Below, piece by piece: positions 1 through 10,714 of a stretch of 64,000 nt of DNA. Source of the DNA: an uncultured bacterium. GTDB lineage: Bacteria > Zhuqueibacterota > QNDG01 > DTFT01. Position 1 is the stretch's first letter, and each line of letters begins with the position of its first letter. The translations under genes were made by a program, and so were the position numbers. The DNA lies in the NCBI GenBank assembly GCA_963736115.1, contig CAVTNR010000008.1, forward strand, positions 192,001-256,000. The letters are read 5' to 3'. The notes beneath the pieces are model-generated. The model did not search any database. It saw only the letters and a program-made list of their open reading frames with translations, and had not been told where the DNA came from.

Positions 1-1207
1 TGCCGACCTGGTCGTGATTCTGGACGCAGACGACGAGTTTCTCCCTGTCCAGGTCCCGGACCGGATTTCCGTGCCGTCTTCCGCGAAAGGTCGAATAGAT
101 GCCGTCATACACAAAGCCGTCCTCGACGGCTTTGGCGATATCCCCGATTTTCCCGAAATCCTCGTAATACCCCTGCCGTTCGCCGGTGAGAACCGAATGC
201 ACCGCATGATGAAAGTCGTCGCTCCATTGCGCCGACAATCCGTGCCCCCCCTGCGGTTCGGGGCGGATGATGCGGGAGTCGTTCAGGTCGCTTTCCGCGA
301 TCACGTGGACGGCGCGCCCCGAATCATCCGCCAGCGCCTGAACGGCTTCGTTCAGTTCCCGCAGGATGTGCGTTGCGCTGAAATCGAAGATTCCATGAAC
401 CGCGTCCAGCCGCAAGGCGTCGACGTGGTATTCACGGATCCAGAAGAGCGCGTTCTCGATCACGAAACGACGAACGGGATCACTCAGCCGGTCGTCGTAA
501 TTGATCGCGTCGCCCCATGGCGTGTGGTACTTGGGCGTGAAGTACGGGCCGAAATCGTGCAGATAATTCCCCTCGGGCCCCAGATGGTTGTAAACCACGT
601 CCAGGCAGACGGCGATCCCCCCGAGATGGCAGGCGTCGATCAGCTTTTTCAATGCATCCGGTCCCCCGTAGCTGTTCTGTACGGCGTACAGGCCGACGCC
701 GTCATACCCCCAGTTTTTCCCGCCCGGAAACTGCGCCACCGGCATGATTTCCAGGCAGGTGATCCCCAGTCGCTGCAGATAGGGGATCTTGTCGATAATG
801 GCCTGAAAAGTTCCCTCCGGCGAAAAAGTGCCCACGTGAACCTCGTAAAAAATCATGTCCCGAAGCGCCAGGCCTTTCCATTCATGGTCTTTCCATGAAT
901 GCGCGCCGGGATCGACGACGGCGGAAGGGCCGTGAACGCCTTCGGGCTGAAAACGCGATGCGGGATCCGGCCGTTCCTTGACGCCGTCCAGGACATAGAC
1001 GTATTTCGCGCCCGAGAGATCCCCCGGGACCTCCACGTAAAAATATCCCTCCTGGTCCTTGGACATGGCGTGCCGGCTCCATTTTCCAGAAACGCACAGC
1101 TTGAGATCAACGGTGGAGCAAAAAGGAGCCCAGACGCGGAAGGCATACTGATGATGATCGTATCTGGCCGCACCCAGACGGCCGGCCCCGTCCGTTGCCG
1201 GTCTCAT
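1..1207 (-). CDS. treZ: Malto-oligosyltrehalose trehalohydrolase (GH13), runs off the left edge
   Basis: Manual translation from ATG 1207 (overlaps treY stop): MRPATDG..FRVWAPF..RNWGYDGV..LDVVYNHLGPEGNYL..LRLDAVH. Confidence 0.9.
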   Translation of the reverse strand, partial: MRPATDGAGRLGAARYDHHQYAFRVWAPFCSTVDLKLCVSGKWSRHAMSKDQEGYFYVEVPGDLSGAKYVYVLDGVKERPDPASRFQPEGVHGPSAVVDPGAHSWKDHEWKGLALRDMIFYEVHVGTFSPEGTFQAIIDKIPYLQRLGITCLEIMPVAQFPGGKNWGYDGVGLYAVQNSYGGPDALKKLIDACHLGGIAVCLDVVYNHLGPEGNYLHDFGPYFTPKYHTPWGDAINYDDRLSDPVRRFVIENALFWIREYHVDALRLDAVHGIFDFSATHILRELNEAVQALADDSGRAVHVIAESDLNDSRIIRPEPQGGHGLSAQWSDDFHHAVHSVLTGERQGYYEDFGKIGDIAKAVEDGFVYDGIYSTFRGRRHGNPVRDLDREKLVVCVQNHDQVG

Positions 1208-4200
1208 GTTTCATCCGTGATGTTTGTCAGGAGTGCGGCTCCGTTCCAGTGAAACAGGTCGGCGGCCCTGATCACGGCGGTTTTTCCGCGCGCGATGACA
1301 TCCACGGATCCGGAGGTCATGATGTCCTTGAGTTTGCCCGGCAATTCGACGTCCTCCGGCCAGACGAGCTCCGTGCCGGTCAGAAAGTCGGCCCCGTTTT
1401 CCGCGGACGGAACAGCCGGCCACCGCGTGAAAAACCTTCCCGCAGCGGCCAACGCAAGGTGCCGGCCGCGTCTGCGGATGAAAGCGACGATACAATTTTC
1501 CCGGGGTCCCGTCACTTCCACCGGCACGTATTCCCCCCCGATGAACAGGTCCCTGTGAGCCTGACGGAACCGCAATCCGTTCAGGGTGAAGAACAGTTTG
1601 CCGGTTTTCAGGCCCTCCTCGGTCCACCGGGAAACCGTTCGCCCCCCGGGGTTTGCCCCGGACCTCTCCCCGGCGACCGAACGCAACGCCTGTTTCCGGG
1701 ATTCGAAATCAACCGGCCGGCGGTTGTCCGGGTCCACCAGGGAATAATTCCATGTTTCGTTGCCCTGATACAAGTCGACCACCCCGGGGGATGCGACCTT
1801 GAGGACGGTCGCCGAAAGCCCGTTGAGCTTCGCGTAAAACGAGATTTTCCTCTGGAACGGCAGAAAGCTTCTGTAAAAGGCGCTTTCTTTCCCCTGCAAC
1901 AGGACGGAAAAGATGAACCGCTTTACGGCTTCCTCGTACCCGGCGTCGGGCTGCACCCAATTCGTGTAGATTTTGGCTTCCCGTACGGATTTGAGCACAT
2001 ACTGCCAGATCCGTTCGATAAGCGGGTCGTTCCGGGATGCCTCGGCCTGTTCATCCGGCCAGATCCCGATCAGTGTCTGGTAGAAGAAGTATTCCGTGTT
2101 TTTCCTGGGCTCGGGATGCCCCTCGACCTCGGTTTTGAATCGGCAGTGATAACCCGCCCACTCGTGAATCCTCGCATCCCATTCGGCGGGGATTTCGCTC
2201 AGGACGTTGATCCGCATCCGGACGTCCTCGCTGCGTTTCGTGTCGTGAGTCGAGGTGGTCATCATGCTGTTCGGCCACCTCCGGTTGCGTTCGCGGTTGT
2301 GGGAATGGAAGTCGCTCCTGGAGTGGCCGAAAAAGAACGGATCCCCGCCGACTTCATTCAGAGAAACCAGACGGTTGTACACGTAGAACGAAGTGTCCTC
2401 GACTCCCTTGGCCATGATGGGTCCGGTCAGCTGCTGGAAGCGCAGTAAAAAGTCGCGATACAGTTTTTCCTCTTCGCTTCCGGGCTCGACGTTCAGGCGC
2501 AGGAGAAGCGCGTCGCGAAGAAAATCGAAAACCGCCGAGCTCAGGGCGGGCGTTTTCTTTCTGGCCTTGGCCACGGCCTCACGGATGTATCTTTCGTCTC
2601 TTTCGGACACGCTCGTGCTGGCCGGGGTGACATACGTGCGGTAGACGGGAAAACCCGCGATGACTTCCCGTATGGCGACCGTCAGGTCGTTTCGGGTATA
2701 GTCCCGGTATTTCCGGTTGGTTTCGGAAATCCGGTCCAGGCGATCGCCCAGGGCGTTGATTTCGCTGGCCATTGGAACGAGGCCGAAGAATTTTTTCTTG
2801 TTGTAAACCAGTTCGTCAAAATCGATCCGGTGTCCGATGAAGTTCCTGTAAAGCCCCGCGAAGGCCTCTTCGTGGGTCGAATCCACAAAAAGACCGTTGA
2901 GCACGTTCAGAAAATCATATCCGACAGTGCCGTGGACGTTCCAGTTCTCCGGCAACGGCTCTTTGCGGTCCAGAATCTTTTCCGCCACCACGTAAAAGGC
3001 CGTCATGGATGAAAATTCGTTGGAGAGGAGCCTGTCGATTTTATCCCGAAGGTCCTCGAGATCAAGCTCGACGGTTTCCCCGCCTTCCTCCCGGGAACGC
3101 TCCGTTTCGCCCTTCAGGATCATCTGCAGGAGATATTCCCGCTGAAGCCGCTGGAAATAGACGGGCGGGTCGTACAGCCCGTCCGGGTGATCGATCCGGA
3201 AGCCCTGAATTCTGCCTTCCTTGACCAATTGAAACAGGAATTCGTGATAATGCCTGAACACCTTCTCGTCTTCGATCCGGATCGCGGCAAGCTCGTTGAT
3301 GTCAAAAAACCGGCGGTAGTTGATTTCCTGCGAAGCCACGTTCCAGAAGGCCAGTCGATACGACTGGGCATTCAAGAGCCGATCCAGGTCGTCGAAACTC
3401 CGGGGATCCTTGATATCCCCGTTGAAATGAAGAATGCGGCTTTCGATGAAAAGCCGTACGGACTCGCAGCGATCCGCCAGAAGCCGCAGACGCTGTTTGG
3501 CGATTTCTTTTTCACGACTCCTTTCGAGAGTCCTTTCGGCTTCCGATTCGCTGGAGGCGGGCAGGTTTTTTAGCGCGGTCAGGACGCTCAAATACTCAAG
3601 ATAATCCGGATTTTCCGGGCGCATTTTTGTCCCCAGTGCGCCGTATGCGTCCGCCAGGATGAGCGCATACGTTTTAGGGTCCACCGGAAAACGGTGGTCG
3701 AAGTAGAGGAGGAAGAATTCGCCTGCCCGGTACGCGAGCCGTATTTCCTGATTCTCCAGGACGCGGCCGTAAAAATTGCCCAAAACCGGCAGCAGCACCT
3801 TTCCCCTGAGCTCCTGTTTGACGGGCGACCAATCGATGTCGAAATAGCGCGCGAACGGCGAACTGGGTCCGTTCTCCAGGACATCGTTCCACCAGGGATT
3901 GTTGTTTCCGGTCACGCCCATGTGGTTGGGCACGACGTCGACGATCTGGCCCAGGCTGTTCTCCGTCAGCGCGGCGCAGAAGGCATCGAACGCCTCGATG
4001 GGGCCGATTTCGGGATTGAGGCGGCCGGGATCGGTTATATTATAACCGTGCATGCTTCCGGGGGACGCCTGGAAATAGGGGGAGCAATAAACCGCCGCGA
4101 CGCCCAGTTCGCTGAAATACGGCGTCTGTTCCGTTGCGTCGCGGAACGTGAACGCCTGATTGAGCTGGATGCGGTAAACCGAAGCGGGAACGTAGGCTGC

Positions 4201-4308
4201 GTTGAGTCTCCGGTAGATCCACGACCGGATTTTTTCATCGCTCAGAGTTTTTCGGATCGGTTCCCTGTCAGGAGAGACGTTTTCGGCGTTTAGATGATTG
4301 TTGCGCAT
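1204..4308 (-). CDS. treY: Malto-oligosyltrehalose synthase
   Basis: YRIQL, SMHGY, DVVPNHM, INYRRFFDIN, RIDHPDGL, STHDTKRSED, LVDPDNRRPVD; GGAG precedes ATG 4308. Confidence 0.95.
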   Translation of the reverse strand: MRNNHLNAENVSPDREPIRKTLSDEKIRSWIYRRLNAAYVPASVYRIQLNQAFTFRDATEQTPYFSELGVAAVYCSPYFQASPGSMHGYNITDPGRLNPEIGPIEAFDAFCAALTENSLGQIVDVVPNHMGVTGNNNPWWNDVLENGPSSPFARYFDIDWSPVKQELRGKVLLPVLGNFYGRVLENQEIRLAYRAGEFFLLYFDHRFPVDPKTYALILADAYGALGTKMRPENPDYLEYLSVLTALKNLPASSESEAERTLERSREKEIAKQRLRLLADRCESVRLFIESRILHFNGDIKDPRSFDDLDRLLNAQSYRLAFWNVASQEINYRRFFDINELAAIRIEDEKVFRHYHEFLFQLVKEGRIQGFRIDHPDGLYDPPVYFQRLQREYLLQMILKGETERSREEGGETVELDLEDLRDKIDRLLSNEFSSMTAFYVVAEKILDRKEPLPENWNVHGTVGYDFLNVLNGLFVDSTHEEAFAGLYRNFIGHRIDFDELVYNKKKFFGLVPMASEINALGDRLDRISETNRKYRDYTRNDLTVAIREVIAGFPVYRTYVTPASTSVSERDERYIREAVAKARKKTPALSSAVFDFLRDALLLRLNVEPGSEEEKLYRDFLLRFQQLTGPIMAKGVEDTSFYVYNRLVSLNEVGGDPFFFGHSRSDFHSHNRERNRRWPNSMMTTSTHDTKRSEDVRMRINVLSEIPAEWDARIHEWAGYHCRFKTEVEGHPEPRKNTEYFFYQTLIGIWPDEQAEASRNDPLIERIWQYVLKSVREAKIYTNWVQPDAGYEEAVKRFIFSVLLQGKESAFYRSFLPFQRKISFYAKLNGLSATVLKVASPGVVDLYQGNETWNYSLVDPDNRRPVDFESRKQALRSVAGERSGANPGGRTVSRWTEEGLKTGKLFFTLNGLRFRQAHRDLFIGGEYVPVEVTGPRENCIVAFIRRRGRHLALAAAGRFFTRWPAVPSAENGADFLTGTELVWPEDVELPGKLKDIMTSGSVDVIARGKTAVIRAADLFHWNGAALLTNITDET

Positions 4309-4389
4309 GGTGACTCCGCACGGATGAATGATAGCGTGCAATGAAAGGAACCGCCGGCGAAGATCCGGACGTCCGGTCCGTCAGGGACT

Positions 4390-6534
4390 TCAGGAATCCG
4401 CGAGTGTCCAGATGGCAAGCGAACGGTTCATCAGGCTGGTTGCCCGCCCCCCGGGGAGCGAAACGCGGCCCTGATTGGGGTCGGATGTGTCCATGACAAG
4501 CTCCCACACCCATTTCGGCCCGAAGGCGGGAAGAACGAAGGGGACATCATCGGCCGAGGCATTCATCATCAGCAGAATCGTGCTTCCCGCGATCCGGTCA
4601 CCGTATTCGTCGACTTCAGTCATGGCGTCCCCGGACATCACAACCCCTATGCATCGAACCAGTGCGGTGTTCCAGATATCGTCGGTCATTTCCCGGCCGT
4701 CGGTGTTGAGCCAGGTGATGTCCTTCACGTCCGCTCCCCGGATGAGACGTCCCTGGAAGAACTTTCGTCTGCGAAAGACCGCTTCCTGCTTCCTGAGACG
4801 GATGAGCCGACGGGTCACGTCGAGCATCTTCTCCTTTTGCGGCGTCAAGCGCCAATCCACCCAGCTCAGTTCGTTGTCCTGGCAATAGGTGTTGTTGTTT
4901 CCGCCTTGTGTGCGCCCGATCTCGTCGCCGGCCAGGATCATCGGAACACCCTGGGAGAGCAGAATCGTCGCCATCATATTCCTTTTCTGCCTTTCCCGAA
5001 GCGTCAGGATCGTCCTGTCTCCGGTGGGGCCTTCAACCCCGCAATTCCAGCTGTTGTTGTCGTCCGACCCGTCCGCGTTGTTTTCGCCGTTGGCCTCATT
5101 GTGCTTCTGGTTGTAACTGACAAGATCCTCGAGCGGAAAACCGTCGTGACAGGTGATAAAATTGATGCTCGCGTAAGGGCGCCGCCCGCTCTGTTCGTAG
5201 AGATCGCTGCTGCCGCTGAATCGCGTCGCGAATTCACCGACCTTCCCCCAGTCCCCTTTCCAGAAGCGGCGCATCAGATCCCGGTATTTGCCGTTCCATT
5301 CGGTCCATCCCACCGGGAAATTGCCGACCTGATAGCCGCCCTGTCCCAGATCCCAGGGTTCGGCGATCAACTTGACCTGAGAGAGCACCGGATCCTGCCG
5401 GATGACATCGAAAAACGCGCTCAGCTTGTCGACATCATACAGTTCCCGGGCCAGGGCGCTGGCCAGATCAAAACGGAAGCCGTCGACGTGCATCTCGAGC
5501 ACCCAATAACGCAGGCTATCCATGATCAGTTGGATGACGCGCGGCTGCTGCATGTTGAGGGTGTTGCCGCATCCGGTGAAATCCTGATAATGACGGGCGT
5601 TTTCCCGCGAAAGGCGATAGTAGACGGCGTTGTCCACACCCCGGAAGGAAAGCGTCGGGCCCAGCTGGTTGCCTTCTCCTGTATGATTGTATACGACGTC
5701 CAGGATGATCTCGATGCCCGCCTGGTGAAGGGCGCGGACCATTTGCTTGAATTCAGAAAGGCATTCCTGCGGAACCGCCGATGCGGCATACCGCGTGTCC
5801 GGCGCAAAAAAGGACAAGGTGTTGTAGCCCCAGTAATTGTTCAATCCTCTGGCGGTCAATTGCCGGTCATCGATGTGATGATGGACCGGCATGAGTTCGA
5901 CGGCCGTGATCCCCAGTTCCTTCAGGTATCGGATCACCGGTTCGGATGCCAGACCGGCATACGTTCCTCGCTGGGCGGCCGGCACGCGCGGATGCAGTTG
6001 CGTGAATCCCTTCACATGCAGCTCAAAGAGGATGGTCCGGTTCCATGGAATTCCGGGGGGGGAATCGTCCTTCCAGTCGAACGCCGGATCGACGACCACG
6101 GCCAGGGGAGCGAAAGCCGCATTGTCCCGTCCGTCGAAGGACAGGTCTCCGTTCGGATCTCCGATGGTGTAGCCGAACATTTCATCGCTCCACCTCACGC
6201 GGCGGCCGATCGCTTTGGCGTAGGGATCCAGAATGATCTTATGCGGATTGAACCGGTGCCCGTTTTCGGGCTGATACGGGCCGTGCACGCGGTATCCGTA
6301 GAGCTGTCCCGGCCGTGCATCCGGAAGGTAGCAGTGCCAGACCTGGTCTGTATTCTCCGTCATCGGAATCGTCCGGGATTCCCGATCGTCGCTTTCCGTA
6401 TCAAACAGACACAATTCGATTTTCGTCGCGTTTTCGGAATAGATGGTGAAATTGACCCCGTGACCGTCCCATGAGGCGCCCAGGGGAGCCGGGCGGCCGG
6501 GCCATACGCGTATTGCTTTCGAAGAATTATTCAT
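4390..6534 (-). CDS. glgX: Glycogen debranching enzyme (isoamylase)
   Basis: PLGASWDG, NYWGYN, DVVYNHT, DGFRFDLA, AEPWD, CHDGF, NNNTYCQDN. Confidence 0.96.
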   Translation of the reverse strand: MNNSSKAIRVWPGRPAPLGASWDGHGVNFTIYSENATKIELCLFDTESDDRESRTIPMTENTDQVWHCYLPDARPGQLYGYRVHGPYQPENGHRFNPHKIILDPYAKAIGRRVRWSDEMFGYTIGDPNGDLSFDGRDNAAFAPLAVVVDPAFDWKDDSPPGIPWNRTILFELHVKGFTQLHPRVPAAQRGTYAGLASEPVIRYLKELGITAVELMPVHHHIDDRQLTARGLNNYWGYNTLSFFAPDTRYAASAVPQECLSEFKQMVRALHQAGIEIILDVVYNHTGEGNQLGPTLSFRGVDNAVYYRLSRENARHYQDFTGCGNTLNMQQPRVIQLIMDSLRYWVLEMHVDGFRFDLASALARELYDVDKLSAFFDVIRQDPVLSQVKLIAEPWDLGQGGYQVGNFPVGWTEWNGKYRDLMRRFWKGDWGKVGEFATRFSGSSDLYEQSGRRPYASINFITCHDGFPLEDLVSYNQKHNEANGENNADGSDDNNSWNCGVEGPTGDRTILTLRERQKRNMMATILLSQGVPMILAGDEIGRTQGGNNNTYCQDNELSWVDWRLTPQKEKMLDVTRRLIRLRKQEAVFRRRKFFQGRLIRGADVKDITWLNTDGREMTDDIWNTALVRCIGVVMSGDAMTEVDEYGDRIAGSTILLMMNASADDVPFVLPAFGPKWVWELVMDTSDPNQGRVSLPGGRATSLMNRSLAIWTLADS

Positions 6535-6752
6535 GTGTCGTCTCTCGTTGGCAGGACGGGGTGGTATCCGGGCGGGGATGGCCCCGTGTGGGACGTTCAG
6601 GGTTCCCGGAAGCGCTTCAAGCTTGCGGCTGCATTTTTGCGAAAGGGAATTATTCCCGCCTGCGGACGCGCTTCTCCAGGCCGTTTCAGTCGGTATCGGG
6701 GCGCGGCAGGACAGGATGGATCACGCCGTGCGGGTCCCTCCCGGGTGAACCC

Positions 6753-9700
6753 CTACTCCGGTTTCCCCTCAGTCGCAGCCGGGACCTCCCCGTCCTGCGC
6801 CAGGATATGCAGGATGCCGCGGGCCGCGATGATAATCCGGTCGGCGTGCGAATCGATTGCATGCCCGAAGGCATGGAGGGCCCGGTCCAGCATGTATATC
6901 CGGAGGAGCATGTCCAGCTCGTCCGGATCTTTCGGCAGAATGTCCTCCTTGCCGACGGATTCGATATAGGACTTCAGGAATGTTTCGCCGGTCCGCCTTC
7001 GCCAGTTCCGTGCGGCGGTTTCCAGAACGGCGATATCGACATCCCGCAGGGAAGCGTCATGAAAAAGCGTGAAGTAAGCCGCACAGTGAAAGGACCACAT
7101 CATGCCGGCGATGTCGCGAAGGACGGAACGCTTGATCCGCCGTTCGCTGATCGGTCGGGTCGGATCGCCCTCGAAATCGGTGATGACAAAGTCCTTCCCC
7201 GTGAAAAGAACCTGGCCCAGATGATAATCCCCGTGAATGCGGATTCTTTTTGCCGTGAAATTTTTCCGCAAAATCAGCTGAAACCGTTCACGGATTGCCC
7301 TTTCCGATTCGAGGATCGGCGAGATTTCGCGTTGAATCTCCGGCGGGAACCGGCCCATCCTTCGGCGCAGGACGGCCAGCAGCAGCCGCGCCTGGCTTCC
7401 CATGGACTGATAAATCGAGCGTTGATAGAGAAACGTAAAGGGTTCGGGCGTCCAATCGGCCTGATTGGGCGCCGAAGCCAGCAGCAGGTGCATTTCGGCG
7501 GTTCTCCGTCCCAGGCGTTCAATCATTTCGACGAACAAAGGGTCAATCGCCGACTGGGCCGCCGCGGACGCGGTTGTGCCGGAACCGGCCGGCGCGTGCG
7601 GCGCCGCACCGCCCTTGGCCGCGGCCAGTGCGCGATCCAAATAACTTCGGACCTGATCGGTCGCGTAATCCCAGGCGTCCGACTGGGCCTGGACATGCCC
7701 CTGCAGGACGGCCATCGTCATCGGTTCCGTTCCGGCTCGGTGGAATTCGATGGAACCCGCATAGGCGGGCGCAGACCCGAATTTTTTCTGTTCGCTCAGA
7801 AAGCGGGACAACTCCGTTTCCGGATGGACTCCCTCGTCCAGTTTTCGGAAGACTTTCATGAAGAAACCGTTATCCAGGACGATCGACGTGTTGCTCCGGT
7901 CGTGCTTGAGGACTTTCGATGAATAATTCCGGGACGGATGATCGCCGATCAGGGATTTCAGCCGTTTCCCGGGGAATCCGGCGATCACGGAACCGTTTCT
8001 TGAGATTCTCTTTTTTTGGGTGATGAGCTCGAAGAGCGTTCTGTGAAATGCGCGATCATAGAGGCCGTCGTAAAGATAGCCTTCGGCTCCGCCCGCCGAC
8101 AGCCGGCAGATGATGCTCTGCGGAAAATCCCTGACGACATTCGGGTCTTCCTTCGAGCCGACGAAGGACAGGGGGAGCAGATAGGTTTCCGAGGGCCCCG
8201 TCGCGACCTGAACGATCAAGATGGCGATTCTCGTTCCCTGCGCATCCGATGGTACAACCTCGGAGACATGGACGGACCGGATCCGTTTGCCTCCGCCGTC
8301 GAACCATCGGCACCGTTTCAGATACGCCGGCAGGATGTCCGAGTCAAGACGATGAACGATGTCCGGAAGGAATATTTCCGGCCACGGGTTCTCCGCCCGC
8401 AAGAGGCCCTGTTCGATATGCGAAAAATCCGTCATATCGGATTTTTTCAGGATGAACCAGAAATGGCTGTATGGCCCGAGCGTCATCGGATAGGGATCCG
8501 CCGTAATGCGGGGAAAGGCGTTCTGGCTGAAAATTTCCTCGGGGACGTAATCCCGGTATCCCTTCAGATCCAGTTCCACGGATTGGGCGTACCGGGAAAG
8601 GTTGACGACGACCAGAATAATTTCGCTCCCGAGGATCCGGAGAAAACCGAGCACCTTGGAGTCGTCCGGCATGAGAAAAACCGTCGTCCCCCTGCTGAAA
8701 GCCCGGAGTTTCCGGCGCATGGCGATCACGCGCCGCATCCACCACAGCGGGGAGGACAGATTGTTCTCCTGCGTTTCCACGTTGATCGTCTCGTAATGGT
8801 ACTCCGAATCGATGACGACCGGCAGATACAGCTCCTGCGGGTTGACCCGGGAAAAGCCGGCATTCCGGTCCGGGCTCCATTGCATCGGAGTCCGGACCCC
8901 GTCCCGGTCGCCCAGGAATCGGTTGTCACCCATGCCGATTTCGTCGCCGTAATAGAGGACGGGCGTCCCCGGAAGAGAGAACAGAAGGATGTTGGCCAGC
9001 TCGATCTTGCGTCTGTTGTTCCCCAGTAGCGGCGCGAGCCTGCGGCGTATGCCCGAATTGATTTTAGACCGGGAATCCTTCGCGTAGGCCCGGTACATGT
9101 AGTCTCTTTCCTCGTCGGTCACCATCTCCAGGGTCAGCTCGTCGTGATTGCGAAGGAAAACGGCCCACTGGCAATTGGAGGGGATGTCCGGCGTCTGATC
9201 CAGGATGTCCACGATGGGGAAACGATCCTCCATCTGCAGGCTCATGAAAACGCGCGGCATGATCGGAAAATGGAAGGCCATCTGACATTCGTCTCCGCAG
9301 CCGAAATAAGCGGCGGCGTCCTCCGGCCACTGATTGGCTTCGGCCAGGAGCATTCGGTCCGGAAATCCGGAATCGATGTGTCGACGCAGTTTCTTCAGGA
9401 ATTCATGCGTCTCGGGCAGATTCTCGCAATTGGTCCCTTCCCGCTCGAACAGATACGGAACCGCATCCAGCCGCAGGCCGTCCACGCCCAGATCCAGCCA
9501 GAAATCCGCGATTCTGAGTATCTCCTCCTGAACGTCGGGATTCTCGAAATTCAGATCCGGCTGGTGGGAATAAAAACGGTGCCAGAAATAGGCCTTGGCC
9601 CGCTCATCCCAGGTCCAGTTCGATTGCTCGAAGTCCCCGAAAATGACGCGGGCGTCGGGATAGCGTTCGGGAGTGTCGCTCCATACGTAGTAATCGCGGT

Positions 9701-10094
9701 GATTGGAATGCGGCTGCGCCCGGCGTGCCCTCTGAAACCAGGGATGCTGATCGGACGTATGGTTGATGACCAGTTCCGTAATGACGCGGAGTCCGCGATG
9801 ATGGGCTTCCCTCAGGAATTCCCTGAAATCCTTCAGTGTTCCGTACTTGGGATGAACGTCGTAATAGTCCGATATATCATAACCGTCATCCTTTAGAGGG
9901 GAGGGATAAAAGGGAAGCAGCCAGATCGCCGATACGCCCAGGTTTTTCAGGTAATCCAGTTTTCGGGTCAGACCCCTGAAATCGCCGATTCCGTCGCCCG
10001 AACTGTCAAGAAAGGTTTTAATATGCAGCTGGTAAATGACGGCGTCTTTATACCAGAGCGGGTCGTGTTCAGGAGGTGTATTCATTGAATACAT
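6753..10094 (-). CDS. treS: Trehalose synthase fused to maltokinase domain
   Basis: [31 protein letters not shown]; C-terminal [13 protein letters not shown] kinase motif. Confidence 0.95.
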   Translation of the reverse strand: MYSMNTPPEHDPLWYKDAVIYQLHIKTFLDSSGDGIGDFRGLTRKLDYLKNLGVSAIWLLPFYPSPLKDDGYDISDYYDVHPKYGTLKDFREFLREAHHRGLRVITELVINHTSDQHPWFQRARRAQPHSNHRDYYVWSDTPERYPDARVIFGDFEQSNWTWDERAKAYFWHRFYSHQPDLNFENPDVQEEILRIADFWLDLGVDGLRLDAVPYLFEREGTNCENLPETHEFLKKLRRHIDSGFPDRMLLAEANQWPEDAAAYFGCGDECQMAFHFPIMPRVFMSLQMEDRFPIVDILDQTPDIPSNCQWAVFLRNHDELTLEMVTDEERDYMYRAYAKDSRSKINSGIRRRLAPLLGNNRRKIELANILLFSLPGTPVLYYGDEIGMGDNRFLGDRDGVRTPMQWSPDRNAGFSRVNPQELYLPVVIDSEYHYETINVETQENNLSSPLWWMRRVIAMRRKLRAFSRGTTVFLMPDDSKVLGFLRILGSEIILVVVNLSRYAQSVELDLKGYRDYVPEEIFSQNAFPRITADPYPMTLGPYSHFWFILKKSDMTDFSHIEQGLLRAENPWPEIFLPDIVHRLDSDILPAYLKRCRWFDGGGKRIRSVHVSEVVPSDAQGTRIAILIVQVATGPSETYLLPLSFVGSKEDPNVVRDFPQSIICRLSAGGAEGYLYDGLYDRAFHRTLFELITQKKRISRNGSVIAGFPGKRLKSLIGDHPSRNYSSKVLKHDRSNTSIVLDNGFFMKVFRKLDEGVHPETELSRFLSEQKKFGSAPAYAGSIEFHRAGTEPMTMAVLQGHVQAQSDAWDYATDQVRSYLDRALAAAKGGAAPHAPAGSGTTASAAAQSAIDPLFVEMIERLGRRTAEMHLLLASAPNQADWTPEPFTFLYQRSIYQSMGSQARLLLAVLRRRMGRFPPEIQREISPILESERAIRERFQLILRKNFTAKRIRIHGDYHLGQVLFTGKDFVITDFEGDPTRPISERRIKRSVLRDIAGMMWSFHCAAYFTLFHDASLRDVDIAVLETAARNWRRRTGETFLKSYIESVGKEDILPKDPDELDMLLRIYMLDRALHAFGHAIDSHADRIIIAARGILHILAQDGEVPAATEGKPE

Positions 10095-10525
10095 CGCATA
10101 TTTCCCCGGTTGTCACAATCGAAGTTCTGCTCGGGTGATGACACCGGACGTCGTTCCGAACGAATCCGGCGCTTCCGGTTTTACCCGGATCCGGATGAAC
10201 CGGATGTGACTGGCCATTCATGCATCCGTTCCGGCCTGATTTTCCGCTGACCCGGCTTGTCCGCAGGCAGGCACGACGAACGCGTCCGTGTGAAACGGGA
10301 GGCCGGACCGGGGCGGGTCCTGTTTCGCTGATCCGCTATGGCCGTGAGCCGGAACGGGCGTTTCCCGCTGCCCGCCAGGCGAAAGCGGGTATTCCGGGCC
10401 GGTTGGCATATGGAGAGCGGCGGCCCATTCTGTCCGTCCCGGGCCAGACACCGCCCGGGTGTCCTTCCCATTGCGGCTCCGCGAAGGATCCCGAAATTTC
10501 CAGCATTGGGATCGCTCCGCTTAAA

Positions 10526-10554
10526 ACAATACGACATCCAGGTTATAAAATCAA
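10526..10554 (-). promoter_or_regulatory. Putative sigma70 promoter of the treS cluster
   Basis: Minus strand TTGATT-N17-TATTGT in the only AT-rich patch upstream of treS. Confidence 0.45.
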
Positions 10555-10714
10555 GCGGGAAATGAAACTACCGGCTGGGCGGCCGTCCCCGGAGAGGGCG
10601 CGCCCGTATCGTCCGCCGTTGAACGACGGGGACCCATCCACGCGTACTTGAACGCGTCCCGGTTCAGCCGCAACCCGCCGGAACGCCGTGCTTTCAAAGG
10701 TTCGGCCGCGTTCC

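Noticed and set aside
14-9896. Long + strand ORFs (14-898, 1195-2448, 4837-6474, 6471-7922 and others)
   Set aside because: Antisense shadows of the GC-rich tre/glg genes, with no recognisable motifs
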